Part shown: positions 35,721-49,968 of the stretch, one piece after another
How the letters are laid out: each line of letters begins with the position of its first letter
Numbering within the stretch: the stretch's first letter is position 1
NCBI RefSeq assembly: GCF_041146345.1
Contig: NW_027191417.1
Coordinates: 868,001-932,000, forward strand
Direction of reading: 5' to 3'
DNA: 64,000 bases
Source of the DNA: Neodothiora populina
Lineage: Eukaryota
Notes under the pieces: generated by a model
Told to the model about the DNA's origin: nothing
The model's database searches: none
What the model saw: only the letters and a program-made list of their open reading frames with translations
Translations under genes and position numbers: made by a program

Positions 35721-37994
35721 CTACAAGAAAGGCTCGAGTTGGAGCTCTGTAAGAAAAAGTCAGCATCAATTCGAACAGGTCAAGTACAAAAACAAAAAGA
35801 AATCTCACCAAGTGCGGACACCGGGAATGGGAGCTCGTAGTTCTTGAGCACAGTGGGGTGCAGGATTCCAAAGGTGCCGATGCGTTGCGTCTTGCCTCCA
35901 AGCTTGAGATAGACGGCTGCGGAGTGGCCGGTGAAGAAGGTTGGGTCTGTAGAAACCAGTGTCAGCGGTCTGGATCCCGATGCAAGAGTGTCTGAACGAG
36001 ATGGGATCAAAGCAAAACTTACCCTCGACCTCCTCGATCCAGTATCCGTTCAATTCCGAGTTGGCGAGACCGTCCTCCTTGGTGATGAAAGCGCTCTTCA
36101 GCATCAACATGACTCGGTCCAACAAGCCGTGCACAATCTCGAAGCCCGACGTCTTGCCGTACCAACATGCGGCGAATCTCCTCTCGTTTCTGCTCTTGCG
36201 CTCTGCCGTCTCGTCCTTGAGGCCGACGTCACTGACTTCGAAAATCTTCATGGGAACACTGTGATGCTTGTTCTCGCGCACGGTCTTGAGCAGACCGGGA
36301 AGCAGACTTGTCCGCACAATCTGGTACTCTTGAGTCTTGGGGTTCTGGAGTCTCACAGCAGTGTTGTCATCCTTGCGGTTCAACCAGGCGTAATTCTCAT
36401 CATGCGAGCAAAGAATCAGAGGCATGACCTCAGACCAGCCAGCCATGGCCGACTCCAAGCGCACAATGTCGGCCAACTTGTTGATGGGCAATGCAGCACC
36501 GACCGAGGTAGTCGCCGAGACAAAGCGGCGCTCGAGGTTGTTGAAGCCATAGGCGATGGCGGCGTCCTCCATGATATCTGCCTGGTGCAGCACATCAGCG
36601 CGAGTGATGGGGATGTCGACTTCCAGTAGACCGGCTGTTGACGATGGCTCGGCGCTGTGACCCATCTTCTTCAGCAAGTCACAGATCTGTTGCGGCGAGA
36701 GCTCGAGGCCGCAAACCGAGTTGATGTAGTTGACTTCGGCCTGAGTCCTGCGAGGGCTCAGATCCGGGGTCTGTCGGGATTCTCCGTTGTGCTCAGAGAC
36801 AATGTTCACGGGCTCGATGGTGAAAGGCTCCGCGCAGTACTGTGAGAACATGGAGACGATCATGTGGTTCACAACCTCAAGCTTAGTCTTGTCAGTAGCG
36901 GTAATGTCGATGAGCACGTTGGTAGTGTCGAGAGTGATTTTCGAGCGATTCGAGTTGATGATCGGCGGCATGGACAAGACGTTTCTGTCGCTGTCGTAGA
37001 TTACAGGGTAGACTGGCGAATCGCGAATGATGTGTAGGTAGCGACTCAGGTGCTTGTCCTTTTCGTAGAACTCCATCATCTCTTGAGCATTCATCTCCTT
37101 GGTTTGGTTCAAAGGAGCAAATTTGATGTCTTGCGGGGGAAGAGCCTCATATGTGAAGGGACCCTTGATGGTGTCCAAGTCATGAGTGCCGATGGCGACA
37201 AGGGTGCGCTGTCTGGCGAGGTTCTGGTGGAGCTTATCCTGCAGGGCGATGAAGGACTCATATCGGGACTTCGTGAACTTGATGTTGCGCAAGATGGCGC
37301 AGGAGAAGTACGGCCGGATTTGAGAAGTCTGGAGAACAGCATTGGCTTGTGTAACACATGGCACAAGATTTGGTCGTCATCGCTTACCTCCTTCTTGATG
37401 GTCACCGTCTCGAGTTGTCCACTGGGAGGCGACACAAGGCGGTACTTGGGGAACGGAGTGTTTCCGAGGAAGACATTGAGGTTCAGGGCAATGCCTTCGA
37501 AACAGAGCATGTCATATCTGGCTGCCGGTCAGAAAGAAAGCACGAGAGCCGAATGAGTCACAAGGCGTGCCAGTACCTGTTGGCGGGGATCTCGATTTTG
37601 AGTTGTGGGGGCTCTTCTACTCCGTCGACGATGGGTCTCTTAGAATCGGTGGTCTTGGGAGGATCAGTACAGAATACGGTGGAGACAGGAAGGAGTAGGA
37701 AGCATCACATCTTCATCAAGCTCAATGCCTGTACGGAAGTGATTAGCAGAACTTCAAGAACAAGATTGCTGTCTTCTTTCGACAGTCTTACCAAACTCGA
37801 AACATAGCTCGTCAAACTCCTCGGTGGTGAAACTGAGAGACAGTGATCAGCATGTGTACAGAGGCTACACTGCATGGCGCTGCGCTGAGGGATGGTTGCA
37901 TGTGCAGTCGCATTCATGTGCGGGACAGCCAGAGTACTCACTCTCTACCGAGGGCCTTGAAGAGTTCAGCTTTGTCTACGGAGATGGTAGGCAT
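35721..37994 (-). CDS. FRS1: Cytoplasmic phenylalanyl-tRNA synthetase beta subunit, 8 exons
   Basis: Protein: [38 protein letters not shown]...[15 protein letters not shown]...[23 protein letters not shown]...[11 protein letters not shown]...ELQLEPFL. Introns 37833-37941, 37729-37791, 37654-37708, 37518-37576, 37329-37387, 35947-36022 and 35747-35808. Confidence 0.96.
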
Positions 37995-39502
37995 GTTGAA
38001 GCAGACGTCTCGCACTTATTGACTTGTTTTACAGTTGCGATGCGAGTCCCGCAAAGATGAATTATGTGTTTGCTGCGTAGTAAGTTGGGGCAAATATTGT
38101 CGTGACTCCCGAAGTAGTGGGGAAAAGAGCGGCAAGATTTCGAGACACAAAGACGATGACATGCCTTATTACAGCTGAGCTTATTATATTTCTGTGAATA
38201 CTTGCTAAAACATGTACTTCTAGTCGGATCCAATCGTCAGGATGCAAAGTGCAAGGCAAGACCGTTCTGACAGGACAGTGATGGACTAATCCATGACTTT
38301 TCTATTACTCTGCTCTTGCTCTGCTCTTGTCTTACAAAAGTTGCTGGTACGGGGAGGGGGGTCAGAGGTAATGGTCAGGCAGCACCAGCACCAGCATCAG
38401 GCATCCAGAAGTCATGCACAGGAAGTGTGCCTTATTTTGACCCGCCCTCCCCGGACTGTGTTATGCCTTGCCTGTAAATACGCACAGATGCACGGATGCC
38501 TGGCGGCGATGCCTTGTCAGCCCTACCTTGCCTGTTGTGCTGTTTTGATGATGCACAGAAAGCTGGAGGTTGCGGTGCGGGCGAGACGTTTGCATAGGCC
38601 CACGTCAGAGCCATCTTGATACCTGATCTGACCACACACCATTGCGCTTGCTTGTTACCTCGATATTTCCATCCACTTTGTCACTGTGTTTTGTCTGTAA
38701 GGATAGCAGAGTACAAGCGCCAAGATTCCATCTCTTCGCACCAGACTGTTCTTGTAGCCTCAGCTTGTCGCAGCCAAATCCATCATCTCCATCACCTCTG
38801 GTGAGCGCAGACTGTTGTCATCGCCGTCCACCGCGCCTTCGGACACTACTCTGACTCGTCAATTCGACATTAGACCTTGTGAGTCAAATTGTGTTCTGTT
38901 CAGATCCGGCGTCCGAACGTGGAGCTGTGGTTCGAAGGGGTGTCTATTTGGAGCTGTTGTTTTGAGCATCACACCTAAAGCACCTGTGCTGTTCTTGATA
39001 CTCTTGGCAGTCGTGGGCTGCTTCGAGCTTGTGGCTCCCTTGTGGCTCCGTCCGTCGTCGTCAAGTGTCAAGTCAATTGCACCTGAATCTACGGGCCAGC
39101 CTCTACGCCCCACGCAACGCAGAGTGCAAGCTACACTGCACTACCTTGCCTGATATACATCGCACCTCTTACCTCACCACCGTACCACAGCCCGCGCTAC
39201 CTGCTCTATCGACTTGTCTCCTCTGACAGTGCTACATCGCATTGCCGATTCCGGGACTAATTTTTGTATCCAGCCATTGGCGTCGCGACTCTCCCTCGAT
39301 TGCTCTCGACCACCACCTCCCACCACCTCCCACCAGAACCTTCCCGGCCAGTTTGGATCACCATCCGACCCAGCAACCCCAGACATTACCGCGGAATTAC
39401 TTTTCGCCCTTACCATAACATCGACCATTCCCGCTGCAGAACGGGCTGCTCACCGGCCACCACACTCCTTTCCGCCCCCTTGCCCTTTCGTCATAGCCCA
39501 TT

Positions 39503-41876
39503 ATGGAAGCGCAACAGAGCGATGAGCTGTACCCCATTGCCGTCCTCATTGACGAGCTAAAGGTTCGTTCGCTTGACTGCAACGCCCCTTCTCCTCTCCA
39601 GACAGTCTCGCCCTGTACATTTCCCTGTCACTGCCCATATACTAAAACAAGAGTGTGCAGCATGACGATGTGTTGCTCAGACTCAATGCAATCCGCCGTC
39701 TGTCTACCATCGCCCTTGCCCTCGGCCCAGAGCGCACGAGAGAGGAGCTCATACCTTTCCTTGATGGTACGTGAGCACGTCACACGACTTGCTGCTTTCG
39801 CTGCTTGACCCCCACCATACTGACCCGGCTGCAGAGTCTGTCGAGGACGAGGATGAGGTGCTCACCGCCTTGAGCGAAGAGCTTGGTGGTTTTGTTGAGT
39901 ACGTTGGCGGTCCAGAATACGCCCACGTCCTTCTATCTCCGCTGGAGAATCTGGCTGCTATCGAGGAATTGCTTGTCCGAGACAAAGTGCGTAACTCCTT
40001 TGCTCGCAATGCAGCCCTCTCGCTGGCATGTTGATGCTTCAGAAACACTAACATTCCACCGCATAGGCTGTCGAATCTCTGAACAAGATCTGCGAGCAAT
40101 TATCGCAAGATCAGGTCGAGCAGTACTTCATTCCTCTCATCACTCGCCTCTCCAAAGCCGACTGGTTCACCGCCAAAATTTCCGCTACGGGCATCTACAA
40201 GGTCGCTTACACAAAGGCAATTCCTTCTTCGCAAGAGAGCTTGCGCCACGGCTTTACCGCACTTGTGCATGATGATACCCCGATGGTCCGCAGACAGGCC
40301 GCCATCAATCTGGCCAAGTTCCTTCGCGTCATGACACCAGAACTCGTCATTACAGAGATGATTCCTCTCTTCCAGCATCTTGCCAGCGACGATCAGGACA
40401 GTGTCAGACTCCTGACTGTTGAGGTCCTTGTCGCCAGTGCAGAGGTCGTTCCCAAGGAGCAGCAGGCAAGCCACGGCATGCTTCTCGTTGCGCTCAGAAC
40501 CCTTTTCGAGGACAAGAGCTGGAGAGTGCGCTACATGGTCGCAGACAAGTTCGAGAAGGTAACGCGCACAACTTACCAGGGATGTTGTCCGCCTGGAATA
40601 CCTTGCTGATCATTCACAGATTGCCAAAGCCGTTGACGAGGAGGTCATTGGACGTGACCTCGTTCCCGCTTTTATCAAACTGCTTAAGGACACCGAGGCC
40701 GAAGTCCGCACCGCGATTGCTGGACAGATTCCTGGTTAGTACTGTATCGAGTCAAGAATACATCGATCTGAGACACTGACCCTTTCTCTCCAGGCTTTTG
40801 CGCGCTCGTCGAGCGAGATGCCCTTCTCAATGAAATCATGCCCGCTGTCGAAGACCTTGTATCCGATACCTCGCAGCAAGTGCGAGCATCCCTCGGCAAC
40901 CAGATTAGTGGACTGGCACCTATTTTGGGCAAGCAAGAGTGGGTTGAGCCATATTTGTGGTCCCACGAATCTCACTGACACAACTATCAGGACCACCGAG
41001 CATCTCCTGCCCATGTTCTTGCAAATGCTCAAGGACGACTTCCCCGAGGTCCGCCTCAACATTATATCAAAACTTGAGCTGGTCAACAATGGTAATGCTA
41101 CCGGACCGCGCGCTACAAACATATGCTGACGATTGAATAACAGTCATTGGCATTGAACTTCTCTCTCAAAGTCTCCTTCCTGCTATCGTGCAACTTGCCG
41201 AAGATAAGCAATGGCGTGTGAGGTTGGCCATCATCCAGCACATTCCGCTCCTCGCATCCCAGCTGGGCGTGGACTTCTTCGATGAGAAGCTATCTAGTCT
41301 CTGCATGTCATGGTTGGGAGACACCGTTTTCAGCATCAGAGAAGCTAGCACGCAAAACCTCAAGAAGCTCACAGAGGTATTCGGCGTCAAGTGGGCGAAC
41401 GAACAGATCGTGCCCAAGGTCGTCGCTATGGGTGCCCATCCCAACTACCTATACCGAATGACGACGTGTTTTGCTGTATCGGTATGTGTTTGCCATGCAT
41501 CTTGGCTACTTGTGTATACTTAACTAACCTCTTTTTCAAGACACTTGCACCAGCCCTCTCTCTTCCAGTCATTGAAGAGTCCATCTTCCCGATCCTATCG
41601 AATCTGGTGTCGGATCAGATTCCCAACATCAGATTCAATGTTGCCAAATCGTACGCTGTACTAGTCGACGTCCTCAAGCGTCTACCGGACGAGAAAGAAA
41701 CCGTGTTCTCCCTTGAGAAGGAAGGCATAACTGGCAAGGGCTGCGCCAAGGGTGAGGAGCTCATGAAGACACAAGTCATGCCGAATCTCGAGAAGCTCAT
41801 GGATGACGACGACCCGGACGTCAGGTTCTTCAGCTCTGCGGCAGCGAAAGGATACACCGACTCCATGGAAACGTAG
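39503..41876 (+). CDS. TPD3: Protein phosphatase 2A scaffold (A) subunit, HEAT repeats, 9 exons
   Basis: Motifs [48 protein letters not shown] and [10 protein letters not shown]. Introns 39563-39660, 39767-39834, 39987-40066, 40559-40619, 40735-40793, 40939-40990, 41092-41143 and 41482-41540. Confidence 0.96.
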
Positions 41877-44040
41877 AAGAACTGGCCATAAATTCATGCA
41901 GATTGAACTGAAATGGACCTGGTTATAGAGAGCACCATATGAGCTTATCGGTCTCAATATGCTGCTTGGCAAATGTTATGGTGTGACATGTTTTCAATAC
42001 ACAACGACTTCCTGCCCCTTCTTTCGCAAAAATAAAAAACATTAATTAGAGACGAAGAGTTTCCGGCGAGGCTCGTTCCATCCGCACGTGGCCAATTGTT
42101 TGTACTGTCGTCTACAACTCGCTGGAGGCATGGAACTATTTTTGTTGATCTTATTGCTTGAAGGAATATGTCTGGAAAGAGCATTCCCTGACATGAATTA
42201 TATTGCATAAACAAGAAATCCAGGCATCAACGCAAGTCTCTATCGATACGGTTCGTATGATGGGTACTGTACGCGTATTGTAATTCAAATCTCGACATCG
42301 GAACGTGAAAGTATAGTGCTTGTAAGTGATAAAACACCGAGCCTCGATAACATTGTCAAACTCGGCACTACTTGTGTTGTTTTAAGGTTAAATTGCACAC
42401 GAGTCGTAGGGTCCAAGGGGTAAACATTTATTTATCCAACGTCGAACAAATAATATGGAATGCAATATTCAAACAAACACTTGCAACAGTCCATCGGAGA
42501 GTCTTTGGAGGGGTTTATCAGATAGCCTCTCAACTAGTTGGGAGAGCTCGTTGATCATTGGTGTAAATATTTCCCCTTTAATCGCGGCGGTAGAGATACA
42601 CTCTCACGAGCTCAACTCTCTGTAAGTGAGCGCGGCACACAGGGAAATGGCTTGTATTCGATTTACATAGGTAGTGAAAACGGAGAGTAACAACATGAGC
42701 ACATGTTTCTTCTTTGATCTATCTGTTTCACTGCAGAACAACTTGACATTGCCATGATGGACTCAGAGCTCCGTGGGCTTGATTTGCTACGGCTGCTGAT
42801 CATGCAGTTCAGTTGTTCTCTGATCTTCCTTGCGTAGGTCGCGCAACGCCGGACGATTGATGAACGACTGAATGGAACGACTGGTGAACCGGCCTTGCAT
42901 TATAAGCGTTTGTATCAACAGCAGGTAGATTATGGATAAAGGCGGCATATATGCCAGATCTTTCTATCCAACGGCTGGTCGCGTGGTGGCTGAGGGTACC
43001 TTAGGACGACCTCAACTGACTAGGGTCACGGTACGATTAAGGTATTCTGCCGCACTTCTTCGAGCAGTCTCGACTATGGACGTCTTGTTCGAGCGAATCT
43101 CCTGAATATCTCGGACTATTATAGGAACCCATCGTGTTTGTCTGATACACCCTTCGAGATATGGCCTGAATGGGCTGTTGACATTACTACGGGGTAAAGT
43201 ATAGCCAACCAGACTACAGCACATTGCTGTTAGAGCTAAAGTCTCTCGTTCCTCAACCAAGATAACAACCCATGGATGGATGTACAGTGCAGTAACACAC
43301 AGCATCTGTGCCTGAGCCCCAGATTGGGGACTGAACAAGAGCTGGTATGTGCTCTAGAGACGGCGCTCTGCGGAGATTAAGATTGCCTGCGCTAAGCGAC
43401 GCCCTTCAGCCAACCATTGGAGTGAAGCTTTCTGCATATAGTAGCAGTACACGCGTCTCGCCTATTCAGATCCCAGATGGCTTCGATGCGAGCCATGATG
43501 CAAGTAAGATTCGCCATCGTCCAGTGCTAAGTGAGAGTGACGAGCAAAGGTATGATGCCCCCCTCTCGGCGCTTCTGGAAGTGGAAAAAAGTCGGTCAGT
43601 AGCTGCAGTGATCTGTGAATCAAAAGCAGGTCATCGTGTCAGGTACATGATCATGACAAGGATTGGAGGCAGCTCATTTGAATGACACGTGCCGCCGAAG
43701 AGGAATGGGGAGGCCCGTGGGCAATTGAGGCGCTGGGGAGGTCTTGAGGGTGCAGTAGGCCTTGCTAGGGGATATCGATGGACAGAGTCCAATTTCCGCC
43801 CTGCGCAATGATCATCCAGTCACCTGGCATAAAACCCGTCCAGCTCCAGTCTATCACACTTTCCTTTACTCACTCACAACACACACTCTCTAGTACAGTT
43901 ATTAATTTTTGACTTCGGTCGTCCACTCTTTCGAGCCAACAAACAAGAAAATCATTCCTTAAACCCAACTTCCAACCAAATACCCTTTCTATTTCCACCC
44001 TTTTTATCAAGTCAAAACCAACAACACTACAATAATCAAG

Positions 44041-44760
44041 ATGCGTTTCGCTATTGCCGCTTCCGCCCTCTTCGCCGGCCTTGTAAGTTTGTTCCAGAAG
44101 AGTTCACATACCTTTTTGATCAGAGGCTAACCTGAGCTCAAGGCCGCTGCTGTCCCCGCTGTCACTTTGACCGCTCTCTCCACTGAGGTCGACACCATCA
44201 CCTCCTGCGGTCCCGAGGTCACCAACTGCCCTGCTCGTCAGCACTCGGCTACCAGCGCTCCTGCTGTCGTCACCCCCTCCACCCCTGCTCAGGTCACCTC
44301 CTCCACCGAGGTTGCCCCTGTTGCCACCTCGCCCGCCCCTGCTCCTCCGGCCGAGTCTGCCCCCGCTCCTTTCCCTTCCGCTGGCAACTCGACCGCGACC
44401 GCCCAGAGCACCATCTACCTCTACTCCACACAGGTCCAGACCATCACCTCTTGCGCACCTGATGTCACCAACTGCCCCGCCAGAACCAGCATGGTCAGCT
44501 CCGTTGTCGGTACCACCGTCGTCCCCGTCGCTCCTGTCGCCTCCACTGCCGCTGCCTCTTCTTCCGCCCTCGTCAGCCCCGTTGCTCCTTACCCCATTGC
44601 CTCCAACGGTACCACCCCTGCTGGCCCCACTGCTTCTGGTGCCTCTCCTTCAGGCAGCGGTGCTGGTGCTTACCCTTCGTCGTACACCGGTGCTGCCAGC
44701 CAGCTCAACGCCTGCATGGCTCTTGCTGGTGTCGGTGCCGTCGCTGCCCTTCTCCTCTAA
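44041..44760 (+). CDS. Secreted Ser/Thr/Pro-rich, probably GPI-anchored cell wall protein, 2 exons
   Basis: Signal peptide MRFAIAASALFAGLAAA after removing intron 44083-44142. Two TITSCxPxVTNCP repeats and a hydrophobic GPI-type tail (YTGAASQLNACMALAGVGAVAALLL). Strong C/T-ending codon bias. Confidence 0.88.
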
Positions 44761-45716
44761 GCGCATCCATTACAGATAATTTGAATGGATTGATTTGCTA
44801 TGACGGTTCAGCGCGTATTTCATTTTCGGTTTAAGGCCATCTCTGCGTAGTGGGCGCGGATTTCTCTTCACGTTATATCCCGGGGGATCCGGAGACTTCA
44901 GCATGGTGTGGCGAAGAGCGAAAAGCTCGGCGTACAAGCATTTTGTATTATGCTCATATAACTGTACATCTGAATTTCGAAGTGTTAAAAACTTGAATAT
45001 CTTTTTGCTTTGACCGCCGCTTTCCTGTGTTTGATTGTGTTGTCGGAATCTGAGAAATGAACCGTAAGCGCCGCCTTGTTCGCCCTCATTTCGGGGCTAT
45101 TGCGACATGTACGGCGAGGCTTACGCATGCGCCTTTACGTGACACGTGGAGATGGTCTTGTTCTTAAGGTTATTTTGCTGAAGCGAGCTTCATAGAATGG
45201 TTATACAAGTATGGTTTCATATTGTGGATGTGATGTAGCATCCAGAGGCCCTCTTTGTTCCCTACATGCGTTCTGAAATCGGTCATCTACAAGACATGGA
45301 ATATCCGACAAGCCAACACACCACTCTGACACAGGCAGAATGGTCGTCAGAGCATAGTTGGCTGATGTGTGTACCATGGACTGACTATTTGTTGATGGCA
45401 TGCAGTTGCATTTGACGAGGCAATCCCTTGCCGATCAGGAAAGCATCGGAGCAAAGCCTCAGGGCGGGCCGATACGCGGGTACCTGATCTTGCCCAAATC
45501 CTCCCTACGCCTGCATGACATGTGCATTCCGTGACCTTATCTTATCCTTAATTCATGTGATACACTGCCTGTCTGCCTAAGTTGCTTCCACATCATCTCT
45601 GATCAAAGCACATCTTCTTTTGTCGCGTGGCCATCTGCATCCATCAGAACCTCTCGTCAGTCATGTTTGCTGTATGATCAGGCTTGTTGGAGGCATACGT
45701 AAATCTACACATCATC

Positions 45717-47860
45717 ATGGCATCGTCTTCTGTGTCGTCGGATGTGGCGGCTGTTTTTGCTTTGGTCGCTATTTGCATATTGGTACTCCTTGTGCTGCGC
45801 CAGTATCTGCGAGTGCGCTTGACGCCAGCATACCTTCTCGTACCGGTCTTCCTTGCACTTTCGTTACCGAGTAGCATAGTCTTGCTTGTTCCGATAGATC
45901 TCGCTTCTTCTTCAGGCACTGACACAGAGAGCTCGCGAGGAATATGGCTTCCGGATCGCGTAATGCTTGTTTCGTGGAGGATAGCTTACTGGCTGACGTT
46001 TTTCCTGACATGGTATGGCCCCGATTATCAATTTAGTGCATAGTATTGCGTGTAAATACTTACGCTTTTCTTAGGATCATACTGCCGCTTCTAGGCGACT
46101 ACATGGATTCGGGCTATAGAGAACCCAAAGACCGGATGACATATTCCTTGAGGACCAACGCCCGATATCAGTTGATTGTGCTGGGCACTGGAACAATCGC
46201 CCTCGTGTACTTCTTCATTCAGTCCGGATTTAATGCTGGCAACGTCAAATCCGCCATCATGACTCTGGCATACGTCTGGGGCCTTGTTCTGGCCATTTAC
46301 CTTATGGGACACGGATTGGTGGCACTGCCGAGGAGCCTCATAAGAAATTCCAGCGTGAGCGGGCGACTCAGACGACTTCAGACGCAAGCGCCTCGGGTTC
46401 ACGAGAGGCTCCAAGAAGCCATTGAAGAGCTGGCTGAGATCGAAGGTCAGATCATGGCTTTGCGCCGGAAGCCTGGCATGAAAAGAGATATGCAGGAGTG
46501 GGTTGATGAGTTGTATGAGACATCCGCGCTGCCAGAATCGCGTACCGCTTCCCTCAGGCCAGCTACTGCTGCACCTGCTGTTGTCACCGATCGCTTCATG
46601 GCGGAAGTATCTCGCAAAGTCAAACGTGCGCGGCACAAGAAAGCGCGTTTCATCTCGGAATGGGACGCCCTAGTTCAAAAAGCAGCGAGATTACAGACTA
46701 TCCTAGATGCCGCTTCGACCCACCGTCTGGAGTTCTCCAAAAGCCACTCACGACTGAACATCCTGACGCCCGCTATACGCTATCATCTACATGCTCATGC
46801 CATACCATTCGCCCGCTACGCAGTGGCTGTAGTTCTAGCCGTGCTTTCCATTCTTCTCCTCTGGTCTGAGTTCGTTCACAAGTTGGGAGACCCAAAGCTG
46901 TCTGTGGTGGGGCTGAGTGTGGTCCACCATCCTGACAGTGCCAGAGGACAGATCGGATTCGCAGGACAGATGATTGCCGCACTTTGGTTGCTCTACATGT
47001 GCACTGCAGCTTTGTTCTCCGTGTCGGAATTCAAGGGATGGGGCAACAGAGCGCTGGTCCGCCGTCAAACATACCCCGAGAGCGCATGCTGGTACAGCAC
47101 GCAGGTTGCGAAATTGACCGTGCCGCTGAGTTACAACTTCATCACCATGATGCCACCCGAGATCTACGAGGGGACGACCTTCTACAAATTCCTTGGCCGC
47201 TCGATTCAGAAGACACCATGGTGGAGCGGGTTCTCTGATTATTTCCCTATGCTCATCATCGTACCTGTATTAGCTACATTGTTCGATCTATACGGCAAGG
47301 TCAAGAGCGTCATCGGTTTCGGGGTCTTGGAGGAAGACAACGACGAGAACACGACGGGCTTCGGGCTTGGAGGATGGCGCGAGGGTCGTGCTCTGATCGA
47401 GAGAGAGCTGCAAAGCGACGGGGCCCAACTCAACCTCGCACCGGCGAACGAGCGGCTGCTTTCTGTGGCGTCTACAAACTCGATACAAGACAGGCAAGAG
47501 AGTGGCCAGCCTACACGCCCTGAGATCGACAATAGGAGAACCCGAGTGATTGGCAACGGGGCAGCACGACCAACCTCTGGGGAAGAAGAAGAGCACGACG
47601 TAGGCGATCGCTACTTCTTCCAAGACTTCTCCGAGCGAGTCAAAAACACCTTCGACACAACTGACAGCCCAGCCTGGCTGAGAGACATCGGAGAAGGGTT
47701 CAAGAAGCCCAAGTGGCTGGGCAACAACGGTGACAGCAGCAGAGGCGGAGGGAGTAGCGGCGGTGGTAGCTCTGGCAGTGGCAGTGGCAATTCGGACAAT
47801 ACCGGGCTTTTCGGACGATTGTTTGGTGGTAATGCGTCGAATGGCAATATTCGACTGTAA
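45717..47860 (+). CDS. LMBR1-domain multi-pass membrane protein (LMBRD2-like), 2 exons
   Basis: Intron 46013-46074. Motifs SIVLLVPIDLASS, WRIAYWLTFFLTWIILPLLGDYMDSG, MGHGLVALPR and AKLTVPLSYNFI. Confidence 0.9.
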
Positions 47861-48070
47861 AGCGACTCGGGTTGATGGGTGAGGGACTGTGGCTGGATTG
47901 AAATATGTGTGTTCTGGCAGCGAGGAGTTTCGGCGTCTTTTGTCCCATGTTCGACAAGTCATAGAGATTTGATACACATTTATTTATTTATACACATGGC
48001 GTAAATTTTTGGGTCCGTATTACCAAGCCCCAGAGGGAAATCCCCGACAAACATCAGATCTTTCCAAGTC

Positions 48071-49449
48071 TCAACGCACCATGGTCTCAACGGTGCCCAG
48101 CGGTCTGGCGGCGAAGCCAACGTACCCATCGACGACAGCCTTCCTCGCCGACTCGGACGACACGCTCTTTCCAGCAAGATACGCGAGCCAGATCAGCCTG
48201 CCGATCCTAGGATCCTGCGTCTTGCCGATACTCTCAAAAGCCTGGCTCTTCTTGGGGTCATGGAACAGCACCTCCATAGCGCCAGCAGGCTCACGCAGCA
48301 ACAGGATGACAGAGCCCTTGGGCGCGCGACCGCCACCGGTAAAGATATCCCTGAACGACTTGACTGCTGCGCCGAAGGACTCGTCGTCGTACTCTGTCAG
48401 CCCCGGCGCGGGGGGCTTCATGTAGGATTTGACCTCGGCGGTGGCGCGCTTGATGCCGTTGATCCAGCCGTCGCGCAGGTGGGCGAAGTCGGTGTTCTTC
48501 GAGGGCACGATGCGCCACACGCTGCGGATGCCTTCTTCTCGTAGGAGCGTTTCCCAGATCTCGATGCTTTGGGCTGGGTCGAGGAGGCGCTGGCGGAGTT
48601 GTTCTTTTTCCGAGGGCACGAGAGTCGAGGCGTCAGGGTTGATGAGGTGGATCAGTCGCGATTGTAGCGCTGCGATGTCTTGTGTGCGCACGTACATGCC
48701 GAAACAGTAGACCTGGAAAGAAAAGGGCAAGTCAGTGATGTGCTCGCTTGAGATATGGAAGATACAATGGGGGTGTTGCTAACCTCGATGCTCAAGAAAG
48801 TGACGGTTCTAATGCCGAGACCGACAAGGGTGTATTCGTCCTCGGTCTGGAGGGTCTGCACGAGACTCGACGTCTCAGAGGTCGACTTTGACGACACAAG
48901 GTACATCCTGCGAGGGAAATACGGCACGCTGCCAGACCCCGTCTGCACGAGTTCCGTCTCCTGCTCGCCCTCGGCGATGATTCTCTTGTCCTCGCCGGCG
49001 CCGATGACGTGCACATCCCGGCCCTGGAACTTGTCGTTGGCGTCCGACGAAGCGTCCAGCTGGATCTTGTTCTTCTTTCCCGCCTTCTCGATGTCGTCCA
49101 GGTCGAGGTTGTAGATTGTGAGCGATAGACCGGCTACACTCAGCAGAAGACCAATTCCAGCGAAGCGCATGCGCTGGAGAGCGCGCGCTCTGTGGGCCGC
49201 GAACTCACGCTGCGCTGCGAGCGTGTCCTGGGAGACTTCTCCGAGCCCATCGAGGGCGGGATTGGCAGAGGCGGGCGAGGGCAGATCTTCGAACGACGAC
49301 TTCTGAGCGGGTGCTGAAGGCGCTGGTCGTGCTCCAGGTTGGCTGTATCTCGATGCAGAGCGCACGTTTCCCAGTGGCGAGAACAGAGTCTTGCTTCTTT
49401 GCAGGGTGCGTAGTCTTGCCGACAACATACGCATGGCTGGACGAGACAT
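48071..49449 (-). CDS. AIM18: Mitochondrial chalcone-isomerase-like protein (Aim18/Aim46 family), 2 exons
   Basis: Arg-rich presequence and one TM segment. Motifs LVGLGIRTVTFLSIEVYCFGMYV, RIVPSKNTDFAHLRDG and LAYLAGKSVSSESAR. Intron 48713-48783. Confidence 0.88.
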
Positions 49450-49968
49450 GGTGGAGCTGATTCAATCTGTGATTTTCAGATTGATGTTTTCTTGTGTCAA
49501 GATGGTGAACTGCTTACCTTCACTTGGCCATACAATACCAGTCGACGAGGTGACTGCCGGAGCTTCGGAGGCAGAGCCGCCGAGGCTTGAACGCCGAAGT
49601 ACCTTATGTAAGGTACCTCAAGGTATCTTACCTTACCATTGGACGGGGACTGAGCCTTGGCACTGCCATACTTGTACAAGTGCCCGACTCTCTGCTCGCA
49701 GTCCCCAAGATCCTAAGGCAGCTGGAGTAGGTGGGAGCTAATAGGTGCCCTCGCCATCACGTCATCGCTCGAAATCCGAGGTACTTGTCCTGCACCCGCC
49801 AAAAGACAAAGATGATACGCCGCCTGGTCCAGATCCCACGATTACAAAGACGTCCTCACATTGTACCAACGCTACCCTCTCACAACCAAATCCACACTCT
49901 CCATCCAGAGACCGCCCACCATTTCCTTCCTACGCAGCTTCTTCACTCGAGCCTCGAGTCCCGCAACC

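Noticed and set aside
35931..37807. Plus-strand ORFs of 150-230 aa opposite FRS1, and similar antisense ORFs over other genes
   Set aside because: These are expected by-products of codon bias on the coding strand.
42000..44000. 2-kb gene-free, partly AT-richer region with scattered splice-like signals
   Set aside because: No credible ORF or repeat; it is consistent with the long promoter of a cell wall gene.
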